Assembly: GCF_964194025.1 (NCBI RefSeq)
Contig: NC_134475.1
Span: 67,642,001-67,706,000, forward strand
Direction of reading: 5' to 3'
Origin: Convolutriloba macropyga
Taxonomy: Eukaryota
Length of the DNA: 64,000 nucleotides
Shown: positions 25,057 to 37,649 of the stretch, piece after piece
How positions within the stretch are numbered: the first letter of the stretch is position 1
How the letters are laid out: each line of letters starts with the position of its first letter
Position numbers and translations under genes: made by a program
The notes under the pieces: generated by a model
What the model saw: the letters and a program-made list of their open reading frames with translations, nothing else
Database searches by the model: none
Told to the model about the DNA's origin: nothing

Positions 25057-28000
25057 GCAATCAAAATTTGACTTCACCACTGTATAATGGAATTGGAACA
25101 TGTGTAATTTGGCCAGATCAAGTACGCATGCACTTACAATAGTAGGTTTGTTCCAATAAATCCGTTTTTTGCAATTTTCATTGCAGCCATGCTTTCTCCA
25201 AATGTTTTGAACGATTTAAAGTGAAAGTTTTGCGTTCTTTGTAGCACAATTTGAGCGTTTCGAACAATAACGACTTGATCACGGTTCCTTTTAGACTCGC
25301 ACGTTTTTCCAAACGCTGAGTTTTTCATTCCTTTATAGAAAACTTTGCCAAAAGCAGTACTGGCAGCAATCCGGAGACTTGTATTTAGCTCCATGTAGGG
25401 TCGCATCCAGTTGGCTCGCTCAAACTTTAATGCCCTATGAAATTTTGTGATTTTGAATTGTAGAATTGTGCAAGCCGATAATGTAGCTTGTAACGCTTTT
25501 TAGGCAACAGCGTTTGAACGAGTTTTGGCCCAGATAACTTTCCAGGTAAGTGCATCTGTACTTTCAAATTTTTCTGGTTACCGCTCGGCCAAGAATGTTT
25601 GATTTTCAATTTGGATGGCGGCAGAGGGTAATTTTGATGAGCTTCCTGAAATTCGGGTGGATAATCAATATCAACTCTAACGATGTATCCAAGCTGTGCC
25701 GTCGACGAAATTTTGAGCTCTTCATCGAGCTTGATGTGAGCATCTGGCGCAAAATTCTTCAAGGACAAATGATCGTTCTGCATTACGCCGCTGTAAAGGT
25801 GATTTGCGTCTAGCATCAACGCATATGTAGACGCATAAAAGTTCAGCAGATGGCAGTTGTTTGCTTGAAAGAGTCGTTGCCCATAGATTGAAGACACTCC
25901 TTCGCGCATCATGTTCTCTACAAGTTCAAGTTGTTCTCTCTCGGTTAGCAAAAGCAGGTCGGGTTTGCACACCTTGAGGAAGGCATCTCCTGATAAATTT
26001 GATGCTCCATAGTACTGTACGCAATCTAAAGCGTACGTGTAATAACAGATATCTCTGAAAGCTTCAAAGACGCACTAAAAGAGCAAAGTGTTACAGGTTA
26101 GATAAAGGTCGTGGTAGTCGCCGACGTTTTGACAAACAAGTTTTGAAAACACTGTTTGAGCGTGATTGTAGTCGGTTTTGCTGATAGTGATTTCACCGCC
26201 ATGCAATGTATTTTTCCGTTCCAATAATGGCGGCAATTCTTTTTCTTGAAAAAAATTGTTCTGATGTGATGTAGGAATAACCGTAAAAACCATTTTGGAA
26301 GCGAAGTTGAAAATCGCTATTGGAGTAAGATTCATACTGAGAGTATAGAATGTCAAAGGAATTCTCAGGCGGATCAACTACCAAGGACTCGAGTGATTGG
26401 AGCAGGAAGTTAAACGAGTCAATTGACCTTACGTATTTGAAGATGGGTACTTGTTGTCCAGACTCCGACTCAAAGTTTTTTATGAACACTCCGACAGAGA
26501 GTGATATATAGTTTTCGTCAGAAGAAGGTATAATTTCGAACTCTGTTTCCGGCTCAAAATCTGCTAGTGCAAGACATATTTGATGAATATCATACTTTTT
26601 GATATTGTGACCAATCATTGGCGTAAAGTTAGATGTTCTGCGACGAGTGTTACAGAGTTGATGCGCCCACCCTAGAAAAAAACCATTGTAGTGACAATGG
26701 TCAAGAAAAAGCTCAGCCTCATCGTTTATTTCGTTTTCATTGATCCAGCATCTTGTGTTATTTTCACGTGCTGGAACAGTTCCTCGGTAGGGTCCGTTGA
26801 AAGCTCGTTTTCAGTTGTAGATGTCACGCGCCAGTACGTGCAAAGTTTTTATAAATTCGTTCGAACAGTTGTCACCTCTTTTGAGTTAAAGTATACAGGA
26901 GTTGCGTTACAGTCTTCTACGGCTGCCATAGCATAACCACAAGGTTCAAGTTTTTGAATTGCAACTGTGTAGGAAGTGTTGCTTTCTTTTGGAATAACAA
27001 TTTCTGCTGCTGTATGTTCGCTGCAAGTTTTTACATGGTTTTGATAATTTTCTCGGTTTGTACACAAATGAGAACAATTTCGACAAATACTATGCGCTGC
27101 ATTGTGCGCTATACCTCTGAAGTATGCGACAAATCTTTCCAAATTCAGGATGGGAACATAGTGATGGGCATTCTCATCTTGGAGGAGAAGAAGGTCCATT
27201 GTTAAGGATTTGTTTGGTTTTTTGGAAACGTAAATCATCACCAAACGTGTTCCCTCGATTCTGTAAACAAAAGAGATTCATGAAGACCCAACCAGTTTCT
27301 AACATTTTGATTCTCTTAGCGGGAATATTTGATTTCTATTGATATTATTTAACAAACACTTACCCTTAAACATTGACGCGAACACCGCTGGCGTCTTCAA
27401 AGTATGGGATCCTGTTTATGGGCATCCGCATCTGATAGTCTACAACTGGCTGTCGTTCCGCATTCTTGTACGTATCTGGATTCGTCTTTTCAATTCCCGA
27501 TCCACCTTCTGTCAGTAAATTGTTTCGATTTTTGATATGTTACGCGGCTACCAAGCATTACACGAAGCAGTTGTGGTCAAAATGGTTTCGTATGTTGAGC
27601 AATGAACGGCATCCGTTCAGGAAACCGGGTAGAGCTATATATGACGATGCATGCACGGGGACCAAGGCGGCTGTCTTGATTTCCAGTCTGTTTACTTTGC
27701 GTAGAATCCATCCACTGCCTTGTGATGTAAACATGAAGAGAAGATTTAACATCTTACTCAACAACTTGAAAAAATCTTCGTTGGAGAGTCCGTCCAAGTA
27801 CACTGTAGTCATTTTAGAGCTAGCAAAGATTTCGATAGTTTGATCTTCGGTTTCATTTTCGTTTTTTTCTTTGTAGATATCTAGAGACGCAAGGAAGTGA
27901 ACTCTTTTAGCTGCATTTGAAACTTCGCTGTTTATAATGTTAATTATGATGTCTTTTGTTCAGCATGAACTCCATGAGGTCTTGGTTGTCCTCCGTTTCA

Positions 28001-28210
28001 TCAATAATGAAAACTTGAAGTGCTACTTGAAAAACGGATTCTGTTGGTCTTCTGCTTGTTTCACTAGTTCTCGAGGGCAGTCCATGTTGACCTCTTATGT
28101 GTGTGGCAAAGCGATCAGCAGAATCAGAGCAAATGTAGCAGTACAGGCAACATTGTACGAACGGGTAATGTCGGTTTCCAAAATGTCGTTCGACAGTTCA
28201 TGAGAAACTA
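25057..28210 (-). pseudogene. Protein-primed family B DNA polymerase (pPolB), truncated before motif C
   Basis: N-terminal C2H2 remnants (CCLYC...THIRGQH); SQGSGW...SSYIALP...LNIRN..DHNCF; HHYVPI; LDHCHYNGFFLGWAHQLCN; GHNIKKYDIH; IDSFNFL; LDANHLY; KNSAFGKT; KPTIVSACVLDLAK. The sequence breaks at ~25057, just before the expected YxDTDS. Confidence 0.93.
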
Positions 28211-28289
28211 ATAGTTGAATCAATTGAAGATAAAATGGTTTTGAGTTCGAGCTAAATCAAAACTTCCACTCTCTAATCTAAAAATAACC

Positions 28290-28720
28290 AACGTCCTGAT
28301 TGGTTGAATTTGATAACATACTCAAAAAGAATTTTCTATGGACAAAGTTTCTTTCGAATTAATTAACTAAAGGATTACACAGGTGTGAATAATACCTTGC
28401 GCAAGTTTCGCAGCCCAATTAATGAAATTATTAGATTGATGAAGCTTTAGAAACAACTATTTTATCCCGTAAGAAGATGTTAAGCATTTTATGCAGATTT
28501 AGTCCCTGCTTTATGCAAATTCTATCATTTGCCAGTGAGGGCGTAGATCATGTTGTATGCAAATCCATTTGCATATATGATTGGTATTCTGGCCAAAGAG
28601 GGCTACAATCATGTCTTTTGCAAAGTTGAATTGGAACGCAAATACCAATGTTTTGCCGTAATAGCCGGGGAGACATATGCGTAACTTCTATGCAAATTAG
28701 AAGTAATTTCTATGAAATGA
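28290..28720. promoter_or_regulatory. Octamer (ATGCAAAT) cluster upstream of pPolB
   Basis: Exact octamers at 28513, 28557, 28567 (reverse) and 28690. Near matches at 28491 and 28636. ATTGG (CCAAT) boxes at ~28299 and ~28580. Confidence 0.6.
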
Positions 28721-30202
28721 CGTGTTTTATCACGCCCTATCTGGTTAAATAGCTTTATTGGTGTTGTAGTGCAACTGAATATCTCTTTTTAGGTTTAAAA
28801 AAATGATTATTACCGTTTTTTAATCAAAAACATCGAAAAAAACGTTTTTGAAAATAACTTTGAATTTTAGTATAACAACTCTCATCAAGGATTACTGGAG
28901 GCTGTAGCAGAATCAGTTGAGGGTTGAAAAACTTTATAAAAGTAAGAAAAGACGTTTTTAAGAATTGGAAAAAAATTGATTCGCATTTTTTAATGGAACT
29001 CATACTTGCCGAACAGCTAGCTTCATCATTCTTAAGATCAAAGTTTCACAGCGTGCGATTTTATTACGACTACTTTTTACAGAAGTGTGAAAAAAACCTC
29101 GGGAATAAAATTTTTCAAAACATCTGGCAGCCACAAGTTTCCAATTGAAAACAGGTGTTTGCAAAAACCCTGTTTCCGGGGTTTTTTTGGCTATGATCAT
29201 CATAACGTTCTATTTCTGTTACTGGGCCTAAGGAAAAACTCATTCAGGGTATTCTTCAGCAAAACAACCACATCATTAGTTTTTTTTCAGTTTTTCTGAA
29301 AAATTGACCTTTTTTTCAGAAAAAAGTCTTTTTCCTCTAAAAATTTATGTGAGGTCTTTTTAAAGTAACACCTTCAAAATGTAGTAAAAACATAGGGATA
29401 ACATTGAAACGTTAAAAAGTAGCTTTCAAATTATCTGAACAAGAAAAATTTTCAAAATTTGAAGTTTTCACAAATTTTAACTTTTTTCTGTTACAGATAT
29501 GAAAAAGTTAGTTGGGACCAAAAATTTAGAGCGTGTTGTTTTACATCATGTGAGATATTTCTCAATAGTTTCCTCATCAGTCTTCCACTTGTAAGGGGAT
29601 AAGCAAAAGACAAAAATATATGATTGAACATAGACTTTGTTCTCTGCGACCCGGAAATTGTGCTCCCTCAAAATTTTTGTTCAGAGGTTTATTGTAGAAC
29701 ACTTTGCGTTCAGAAAAATGCCTCCTTAAAAATTTATCTCTTTTTTGTTTTCATTGTTTTTTTTGTTTTTTCTTCAAAAATTTCAATTTTTCAGGAAATT
29801 TGTTCAAAAAATGGTTTGAAAATTAGCAAAGACCTATCACATTGCAATAAAGTTGTTCAAGTCTTATTTTGTAGACCATATTGTGTTCGTAAAACCATGT
29901 TTATACATGATTTTTCATTTTGCAATTATAATCACTTTTTACAGGTTTTCGAAAAAAAAGTTTCAACTTGGCATAGTCCTTCGATACTTTTTTCAATTTT
30001 CAAAAACCAAACTAATAATACTAAATTTTTATTTTGTACACAACGAACATTTAATCTCCTTTACAAAGTTGAAACAAATTAGTCATAGAAATTGACTCAA
30101 CATTTTTATAAAACACAATTTTTGAATACTCTAATAAACATATTTCCACACCATCAAACTGAGAGTTTGATTTTCCTTTCAGATTTTCTAATCAAAGAGT
30201 TT

Positions 30203-30950
30203 TCACGGGGACCTTCTTTTTCTTGGCGCACGAGTAACTTTTGGCGTATCGGAGTTGTCAGGTGATGTTGTTGTTGTTGATACCAAGCTTGAACCGGTCT
30301 CCAAAATAGTTGTTGGTGTCGTCGAGCAAGACGGTGTTCTGAAGTCGGTCGCATACAAATTTTCCATCAATTGACTTGCAGTTGGTAGTGAGCCGAATTT
30401 CCAAGCAAGTTTCTCCTCTGTAACGGGTGAAAACAGAGACGGTGAGCTTTCGGGAGTCCCAGTGGCACTATGATCAGAAGTTGGCGTTGAAACACATCCT
30501 GGTGATGGTTGTGGTGACTCGGGAGAATGCGGAAGGCCCAATAAATCGGCCAGGACATTACAGGCTTGAACTACTCCCAACTGATTTTCGAAAAAGGGCA
30601 CGCAGTCACAGTCATATTTGTATAGAATAGTTCGAGTGTCTTTTGTCCAGTGTCACCATGTCATACGGGTACAGAGGATGTGCTAACGACAAAGGTGGTG
30701 CGAATTCGCCTAAAGTGACAAAGGTTCCACCGCAATCTTCACTCTCGTTTTTGTTCGGCAAGGTTGCAATGAATTTAATAAAGATCTTGGGTATCATAAA
30801 GTGCTCAAGAGTTGTCCAATTCTCATTTTTCTCCTTTCTCGTTTGTCCTTTTCTGTTGGAGAAAAACCACCAAGATTTCGTAAAACGTTAGGTACAAAAT
30901 TGTCCACTCCCAGACATTGCTTTGGTTATTCAGGTTATAGAAAGACATTT
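30203..30950 (-). pseudogene. Polinton accessory ORF with S/T/P-rich C-terminus and basic tail
   Basis: ORF fragments 30823-30950, 30612-30797 and 30203-30601 join across frameshifts and end in TPKVTRAPRKRRSP. Confidence 0.5.
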
Positions 30951-31843
30951 TCAGCGTTTGAAGACGTTTGAAGAGATAAAAATGTTTTTCTTGAACAATT
31001 TTGGAATGCTTTGAAGAGAAGATACGCAAATTGAATGTTTTTGATAATTGAACAAGAAGAAAGTTTTTAAAGTATTTCAAGCGCAAGGATATTTGTTCAC
31101 AAAATTTAACTTCTGCTCTGTCAGTAGATTTTCAATGAAGTTAGAGTTGCTGTTTCGAAACTGAAAAGAAATATAATGTAGCGGGGAATTTACCCCCATG
31201 TAGTTTATGTGAGTTAACAATGTAGGTACAGTGGCAGTTCTCTTATCTGCCCCGGCACACCCAAAGGCCAATTATTTTGGCCCGGAATTTTGATCGAAAT
31301 ATATGTTTTTTATTGCTCTGACTATAACAGATTTAGGTGCAAGCCTTAAAACTGCACATGTATTAACAAAATTTAATTGAACGCCACTTGCTTTTCATTA
31401 ATTTGGACCAAGTCAGATAAGTATACCACACACGTGTAACCCACGCATGCCGCGCGCCTGAGGTGGGGAGCACGTTGCTTGTAATTGAAACCATACTTTG
31501 GTTCCTTGTTACGATTGTTTTATAACACTTAACATGTATTCCCCTCTTATCAGTCAGTTTTCTTGAAACTCATGGTGATATGGTATAATACCAGTGTGTA
31601 TTTGTGAATGTGGGTTAGCAAGGCTATGCCAAGAAATTGCCCGTGTTGTTCTATATAAAACTCCTCGATATGTAAATATTAAGGAAAATACACGGACCTC
31701 TGAAGTCATTGGTATTTGTAAATCACGTGAAACACCCTTATCAATACCGTTTTGAAAAGAATACTGAACGTTTGAATCATTTAACTTTTCCCTAACAGTT
31801 GACTACGTTCTACAACAAAGTTTTCCAAGCTAATTTGATACTT

Positions 31844-32100
31844 ATGCCTTTCACTGCAAGCAAAGACCAAAAAGTACGGTGATTGCTATTCTGATCTATC
31901 TAAAACCGAAAAAAGATCGATAAGAGTTACTCTCAAAACCTAGGAAAACACCAGGACGTATGTCTTTTTGAAACTTTTTAAGAGAACAGAGAATAGCCCT
32001 TACAACAGAGGAATTTGACAAACTTATTAAAAGAAGTGGGAAGATACGAAAACTCGGTGCCAGAGTCAGAAGGGAAGATAGAGACTTCTGTTGCTAAAAA
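31844..32100 (+). pseudogene. Putative PC4-like ssDNA-binding protein remnant
   Basis: KRSIRVTLKT*ENTRTYVFLKLFK / EQRIALTTEEFDKLIK resembles the PC4 pattern (RVT..F....YV.I...KGISLT.EQW..L). TATATAAAA at ~31653 lies upstream. Confidence 0.4.
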
Positions 32101-32359
32101 AACCGGTTGCTAAAAAGCCTCAACTAGCAGAAAAAGATTCTGGATACAAATCGGCGTCCTAGTCTTCGGCTTCTTCCGCAGATCAATCAAAATGGTTGAA
32201 GCAATGTTTGAACGATTGCCGGGTTACTTCAAACAATTTCAGAAGGCGTTCAAATTTTCAGTTTGCGATAAAAAACCGATGAGTTAAATAGTGTAAAAAA
32301 ATATACTGTGTGTGGTTAATTTGAAAACCCCCTTTTGCACTTTGAAAACTAGCCATTAC

Positions 32360-32855
32360 CATGTTTTGGTGGATACATCAGACGTGACAAAGTCTTCAGA
32401 CAAACCAAAGTTTTAAAAAAAGCTATACAGTGCCTTGTCTCTACACGATTTTGTTTGTCCATTCAAATACCCTAGGGCTGAAGGGAAAAATTTTCAACAA
32501 CCTGTATTGGCGGTTGAATACAACAAAAGTTCGAGCACAGACTCCCACTCAATTCAGAAACAGTTACCAACTTTCTCTAACGTTGCTGCGAATCAAAAGG
32601 TCATGAACAACAACGTGACCTTGAATGAATCCAATCAACGACGAATACAGCAAGGAAGCAGCTCATTGTTTCAACTTCATCAAAAACTATACCAAAATTG
32701 TACTACAAAGTCCAATAACCAATAAACTCAAACAGATAGCTTTGCAAGTGAATCTCAAAAGAGATTTCAAAATATCTTGTCTGGGCCACACTCAGGTGCT
32801 TTCTGCCAAATAATGGACATATTTGTGAGCGGATATGGTAACTTGCTTGTTGATT
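32360..32855 (+). pseudogene. Unidentified Polinton accessory ORF remnant
   Basis: Overlapping ORF fragments 32435-32725 and 32625-32813 inside the Polinton; no motif recognised. Confidence 0.35.
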
Positions 32856-32945
32856 CTGATGTTTTGTTTGTGCGCATAGTGTATGAAGAGAAAACTAAAT
32901 ATTGAAAAAAAATTATTTAGCTAAGCAGAGTTTTAGTAGAGTTAG

Positions 32946-33389
32946 TTAGAGCATCATATGAAGCGCAAATCGAATCAAATCAACATCACTCAATTTTACA
33001 AATTCTGTTTTGTTTTAAATGTAATGAGCAACATAAATACAAAATAAGCCACACAAAATGGAGTTTTGTGTTTGTATTGGTTGATTTCTAAGCAATTCAT
33101 ACACGCTTTGAATATAAAGCGCAGCAGAGGCCAGTCGGTTGTACAAACTTTTGTATGATGTTAGTTTCTGTCCAAGCGGATCAGCAAAAATGTAACTGCG
33201 ATTCTTCCTACACAAAAGTGTCCAATGTGTTCCAATAGAATCAGAGCTGGATACCTTCACAATAATGAATGTGTTCTGTGATAGTTCCAAGGAAAAAATA
33301 TCAGCTGCAAAGACACCACAAAATTTGTACTTGCTACACCACAGAAGTGTACATGCTTGAACCAGGTTGTTTATTTCGTCTTCATCCAT
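32946..33389 (-). pseudogene. Adenain-family (C5-like) cysteine protease
   Basis: GTHW (His), IFADPLG (Asp), QTQNSILCGLFCIY (Gln/Cys). Probable premature TAA at 33015-33017, after which the frame continues to ~32946. Confidence 0.92.
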
Positions 33390-34720
33390 CAGTTTGTCAG
33401 AATATGATTTTTCGAAACTTTCCGAGCCGAATCGACGAAAATAGTGCGCGCTTTCTTGCTAATAATGAAAATTTCTATATTACTTGGCAAGGCAGCTGAG
33501 AATTTGAGTTCAATTTAAATTGAATAATTTGTGAGTTCAGGGTGAATAAAATCATGCGACGCCTGCTGAATGCTAGTGAAATCAAACACCATAATAAAAT
33601 GGCTCGGGTACTCAGAAAATTTACTTCCATGACCATTGTCAATATAGCCTAAGTCTGATATTGTGTTGAAATATAAGCGTTTTTCATCAGTTGTATTTAT
33701 TGGACTGTCAGCAACAGTAAGTCCATTTTGGAAATACATATCTGCTGCAGATTGAATTTACGAAAGTGGAAAGGATTGAGTTGTTTGCTTCCTAAAAATG
33801 CTTCATTTGTGTTAAGGCATATAGTAAGACGTCGAAATGGCTCCCTGCTGAAATCATCCTCTTGTTCTAACTTTCTAGCTATAAAAGCCATTGGAAACAA
33901 GAAACGTTTTAGTTACGGTCTCCAAATATGGATAAGACGCTGGACTTGACAGTAAAATTTTTTCAATCGCAGAAACCACGTCATCGTTCAACGTCATTTT
34001 TCTCACATACAAATTAGCTTCTATAATTTTTATTTTGTAGGATTTTGCAGCATCATCGGAAAATGTGACAAAATCATCTATTGATCGTCGAAAAGAAATT
34101 CGCAGCGTCACACCACTCAAAAGATGCCAATCGCAAGTAAAAAAATCTACAGCTACTTTTCCATAGAAAGTGTTTTCGCCTGATTGTCTACCCAAAGCTT
34201 TTCGTCTGTTAACTTCAGCTGCCGGTATTGCCCCGGGGTTCTCTTCGTATGTATAACCTTGGCAGGCCAAGCAAGTTGCTTTTGTATCTTTGTTATGAGA
34301 AAATTCAGTTTCAATGAAAAATTTTTGAGCATAATTTTCATTTGCATCTGAAATTTTAAATCCGTTGGCAGATACTGTGCAGTCAGAAAAGAGCGAATGT
34401 AAAACATTAATGCAGAAGTAAGGGGCGTCTGTTTTGGTTACCTCTGCTGCAGCTCCAGCGTCATATTTCAAATCGGCTTCAGAAGCCTGAACTATTTTGC
34501 ATTTGATTTCCAGGAATATTTTTTGTAGGTCAATAAAATTATTTCTGTCTCCAGCCACCTCAAATTCAAGCATGGGTCCGTTAGGGCTGTACACCGGCCC
34601 TACTTTTTGACAGAAACTACCATGAAAAGTGAAAAATAGCGCTGGTTTTTCAATCCAATCCAGGGAACTATGTGTTGCCTCTGTTGGTAACATATTACCG
34701 ATCATCTTAAAGTCTATCAA
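33389..34720 (-). pseudogene. Major capsid protein (double jelly-roll, PY)
   Basis: GPMLEFEVAGDRNNFIDLQKIFLEIK, NVLHSLFS, EANLYVRKMTL, NPFHFRKFNL, FIMVFDFT. Frameshifts near 33890, 33735 and 33515. Confidence 0.9.
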
Positions 34721-34774
34721 AGAAGTCCGACCGACTTCTTTTTGGCTGTTTATTTTTTGAAATGACGAAAACGT

Positions 34775-35100
34775 TTAGACCGTCTCCGATTCATTTGGTT
34801 TTGTCCTCTCATTCGCAGTGCTAAGGAGTCTCCATTTTGCTTTTTGACTGTATTTGAAATAAGGTTTTTCAGCGCCTGCTTTGCGGTTTTTTTTGCTGAC
34901 AACATCGACTAACTCTGGTACGCTTTGTAAGAGAAGTTCGTTCTCGACTCGTTTTGCTGCGGATAGAGTGAATTTTTGTGCAACGGCAAAGCAATTCAAC
35001 CTATGCTACTCGCTAAAGCTCCAAAGCCGCTTCCTCTTTGTCTATAGTGTCCAGAAAAATAAGGCAACGGAGATGCTTGATTGGTGCTTTACGATTCCAT
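34775..35100 (-). pseudogene. Basic core protein precursor (adenovirus pX/pVII-like)
   Basis: Translation MES*STNQASPLPYFSGHYRQRGSGFGALASSIG*IALP.../AAKRVENELLLQSVPELVDVVS. Its position between the minor and major capsid genes is typical of Polintons. Confidence 0.75.
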
Positions 35101-35104
35101 TGTT

Positions 35105-35993
35105 TTACTCACCAATTTTTTTGAACTGCAACGTCGATATTACTTTATCAGTCGCTGAAAAGAGGAGAAATTGACTTGTTTCAGTACGTAGCTCTATGGC
35201 AATTGATTGAATCGTATTTGAAAGCAATTTTTTATAGTCCAGATTTGACAAAAACTATTCTATGTGTTAGCTCAAGTTGACACACGCTGCCGTTTTTCAG
35301 ACGTTGTTTTGAATCAATGACATCTAATAACGGCGCCTTAGCATCACCAACATACTGATACTGGATAATATTTGCGTAAATGCATATTAGGTGTTTTCCC
35401 GCGCACATATCGGAAGGGAATTCTCCATAATAAGCTTTTGTCTCATCGTTCTTCATTAAATAATTTGATGTAGCTGTATTCATTTTGTACCCAATATGTA
35501 CACCATGTTTACCTGGAATTCCTGTAAAACGCTCAATACTGGGCATTTTTTCACCAGGAAACGTGATTGTCTCATTTTTACCAAAATGAGTCTCGTATTT
35601 TCCAGTACTCTTGATTTCGCGAAACAAAAAATTGGGTAGTCCAACTGCTCGCTTGAGAGTAAATAGTAGTTGAGCAACCGTGTCAAAGTTTCCAGTCATG
35701 AATGAAAATTTTTCTCCACTGTAAGGTGAGGAGATGACATTGGCATCAGATGAGAATCTGTGTGAGTACTCGAAACCCTTGAGACTATATGCTATCAAAT
35801 CTTCATTGACAATATGCTCAATTTTGGTCGGAAAAATAATTTCACTTAGAGCTACCCTCCAGTCTCCAAATAGTCGAATTTCATCGTTTAAAAAGTTTCT
35901 GAACAAAGCTAGTGTGTTTTGATCAGAGGTCTCCATCGAAGTGCTAGAACTAACATGTACCGTAAACTCGTCTTCGAATCGTTTACTTCCCAT
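35105..35993 (-). pseudogene. Minor capsid protein (penton, PX)
   Basis: FTVHVSSSTSM..QNTL..FRNFL...GDWRVALSEIIFP; IYANIIQYQYVGDAKAPLL; after a frameshift, IQSIAIELRTE...TLQFKK. Confidence 0.9.
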
Positions 35994-36911
35994 TTTTCAT
36001 AGAAGACTCTAGTTGAAATTCGGGTTGATAGAATTTACTCTGGATAAGTTCTTTATCCGCGTCAATATGAGAATATGGGGGAGGATGAAATGTTGGGATA
36101 GATGCGATTTCAAATAACTTGTCGGTAAATGACTGTTTGTAGCCTTTCCCGAACGTCTCCTCTTTTTCCACTATGCGCACAAAATCACCAATAAAGAATT
36201 TGGGTTTTTGAGAAGTTGCTGTATTTGCAGTCAACGACACAAGCCTTGGAACGTCTTTCTTTTTGACGTTGTTCGGAGCGAGCTTTATTGTCCAATTTAC
36301 TCTAGAATTGATTGTTTTAACAAACGCGACCAATTTTTCTAGATATGAATAAGTCCACTTTTCTTTTGAGTATCTTTAGATTAAGTTTTTCAACGATCTT
36401 ATATTTCTTTCCGCAAAAGCAGACTTTTTCTCACTGGACGAAGGCACCTAGGAACTCTGTGACATCATCAACCCAAATTTATTCAGGTTGTTTATGCTTG
36501 ATCATCTTTTTGAAAAGCTGTCTCTGTGGCATATTTTGTTTTCAGTGGCTCAACCCTGAGATACCTTGACAAACAGTCAACAGCCACAAGCACATGTTTT
36601 ACACCAAAGTTGTATTTTGCAATTTTATCAACATATGCTAGATCTACGGACCAGATATCATTTATGTCGTTAACAACAATTTTAAGCCTTGGAAACCTGA
36701 GGCGACGTGAACGGTATTTGTTGAAGGATGGTTTTGTTTCCAAGTACATTTTATTTTTCTTCATTGATAATTTACTCAAATTTTGCGAACTCGTTTTGCT
36801 TCCAATTGACGCAGGACCGTTTAGATAGAGCTTGTCAAGTTTTCGCACATCATCAATAGAAATCCCAGACCTTTCTATGCGCCTCTTCCGCTGTCTTCTC
36901 TTTATCTTCAT
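35983..36911 (-). pseudogene. Polinton retroviral-type (rve) integrase
   Basis: IWSVDLAY...VLVAVDCLSRY..VEPLKTK; IWVDDVTEF; AFAERNIRSLK; KFFIGDFVRI..ETFGKGYKQSFT. Confidence 0.92.
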
Positions 36912-37628
36912 CGGTTCTTTGCTTTGCGTTTTTTTCTTTGGTTCAGATCGCCTTCCTTATTGCTCTTTTTTTAATTTTTGCTTTGGTTGTTTTGATAGGG
37001 TTTTCTTTTCATCTTCACCATAAAACTGATCAACAACTTTTTTTGCGTGAGTATTATAAACCAAGTCAGCTGATATATCAAGTTCACTCAAGATTTTGGA
37101 TTACTTTGACAAGTCATTTTTTTGTGGGTTGTTGTAAATTGTAGAAAAAACTTGTATTATCTACTCCTTGAGGCTCACCGTCAATGTGCAGAATGTTAAT
37201 CTCTTCACTATTAGAAACGCTTTTTGAATTTAAAATTTTTTTAAAGATATTTGCAGCTCTTTTGGTTTTGTTTTTATCCACTAGTTTCAGTTCTAACATT
37301 ATTGAGTCAAATGCTGAATCCCTCTTTTTTTCACTATTGGCTCTATTTCACTGTCGTCAATGAAAAACGGTTCGGTTTTTACATCATCTGCATCACTTGT
37401 TGCATCGCCGCTACTCTTTGTTCTCCTGGTTGACCCATTAAGGTTAGTGTCCGCATCTTGTACTTTTTTCTCATAATTTTGTTCGAAATTTGGATTAGTC
37501 TTTTGTAGGATTGCTAACTGAGTTGCTTTTTGCTGATAAATTGGATTATCAAATTTTTCTTCTTCGTTTGTTGGGTTTTTTGAAATGAACATTCGTTTGG
37601 GGATTAAAACAAACTCTTCTGCATCCAT
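36890..37628 (-). pseudogene. Polinton PZ-like protein remnant
   Basis: MDAEEFVLIPK... and ...ANIFKKIL...LHIDGEP; conserved position between PW and integrase. Confidence 0.5.
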
Positions 37629-37649
37629 TATTCGACCTTTAAGTAAATA

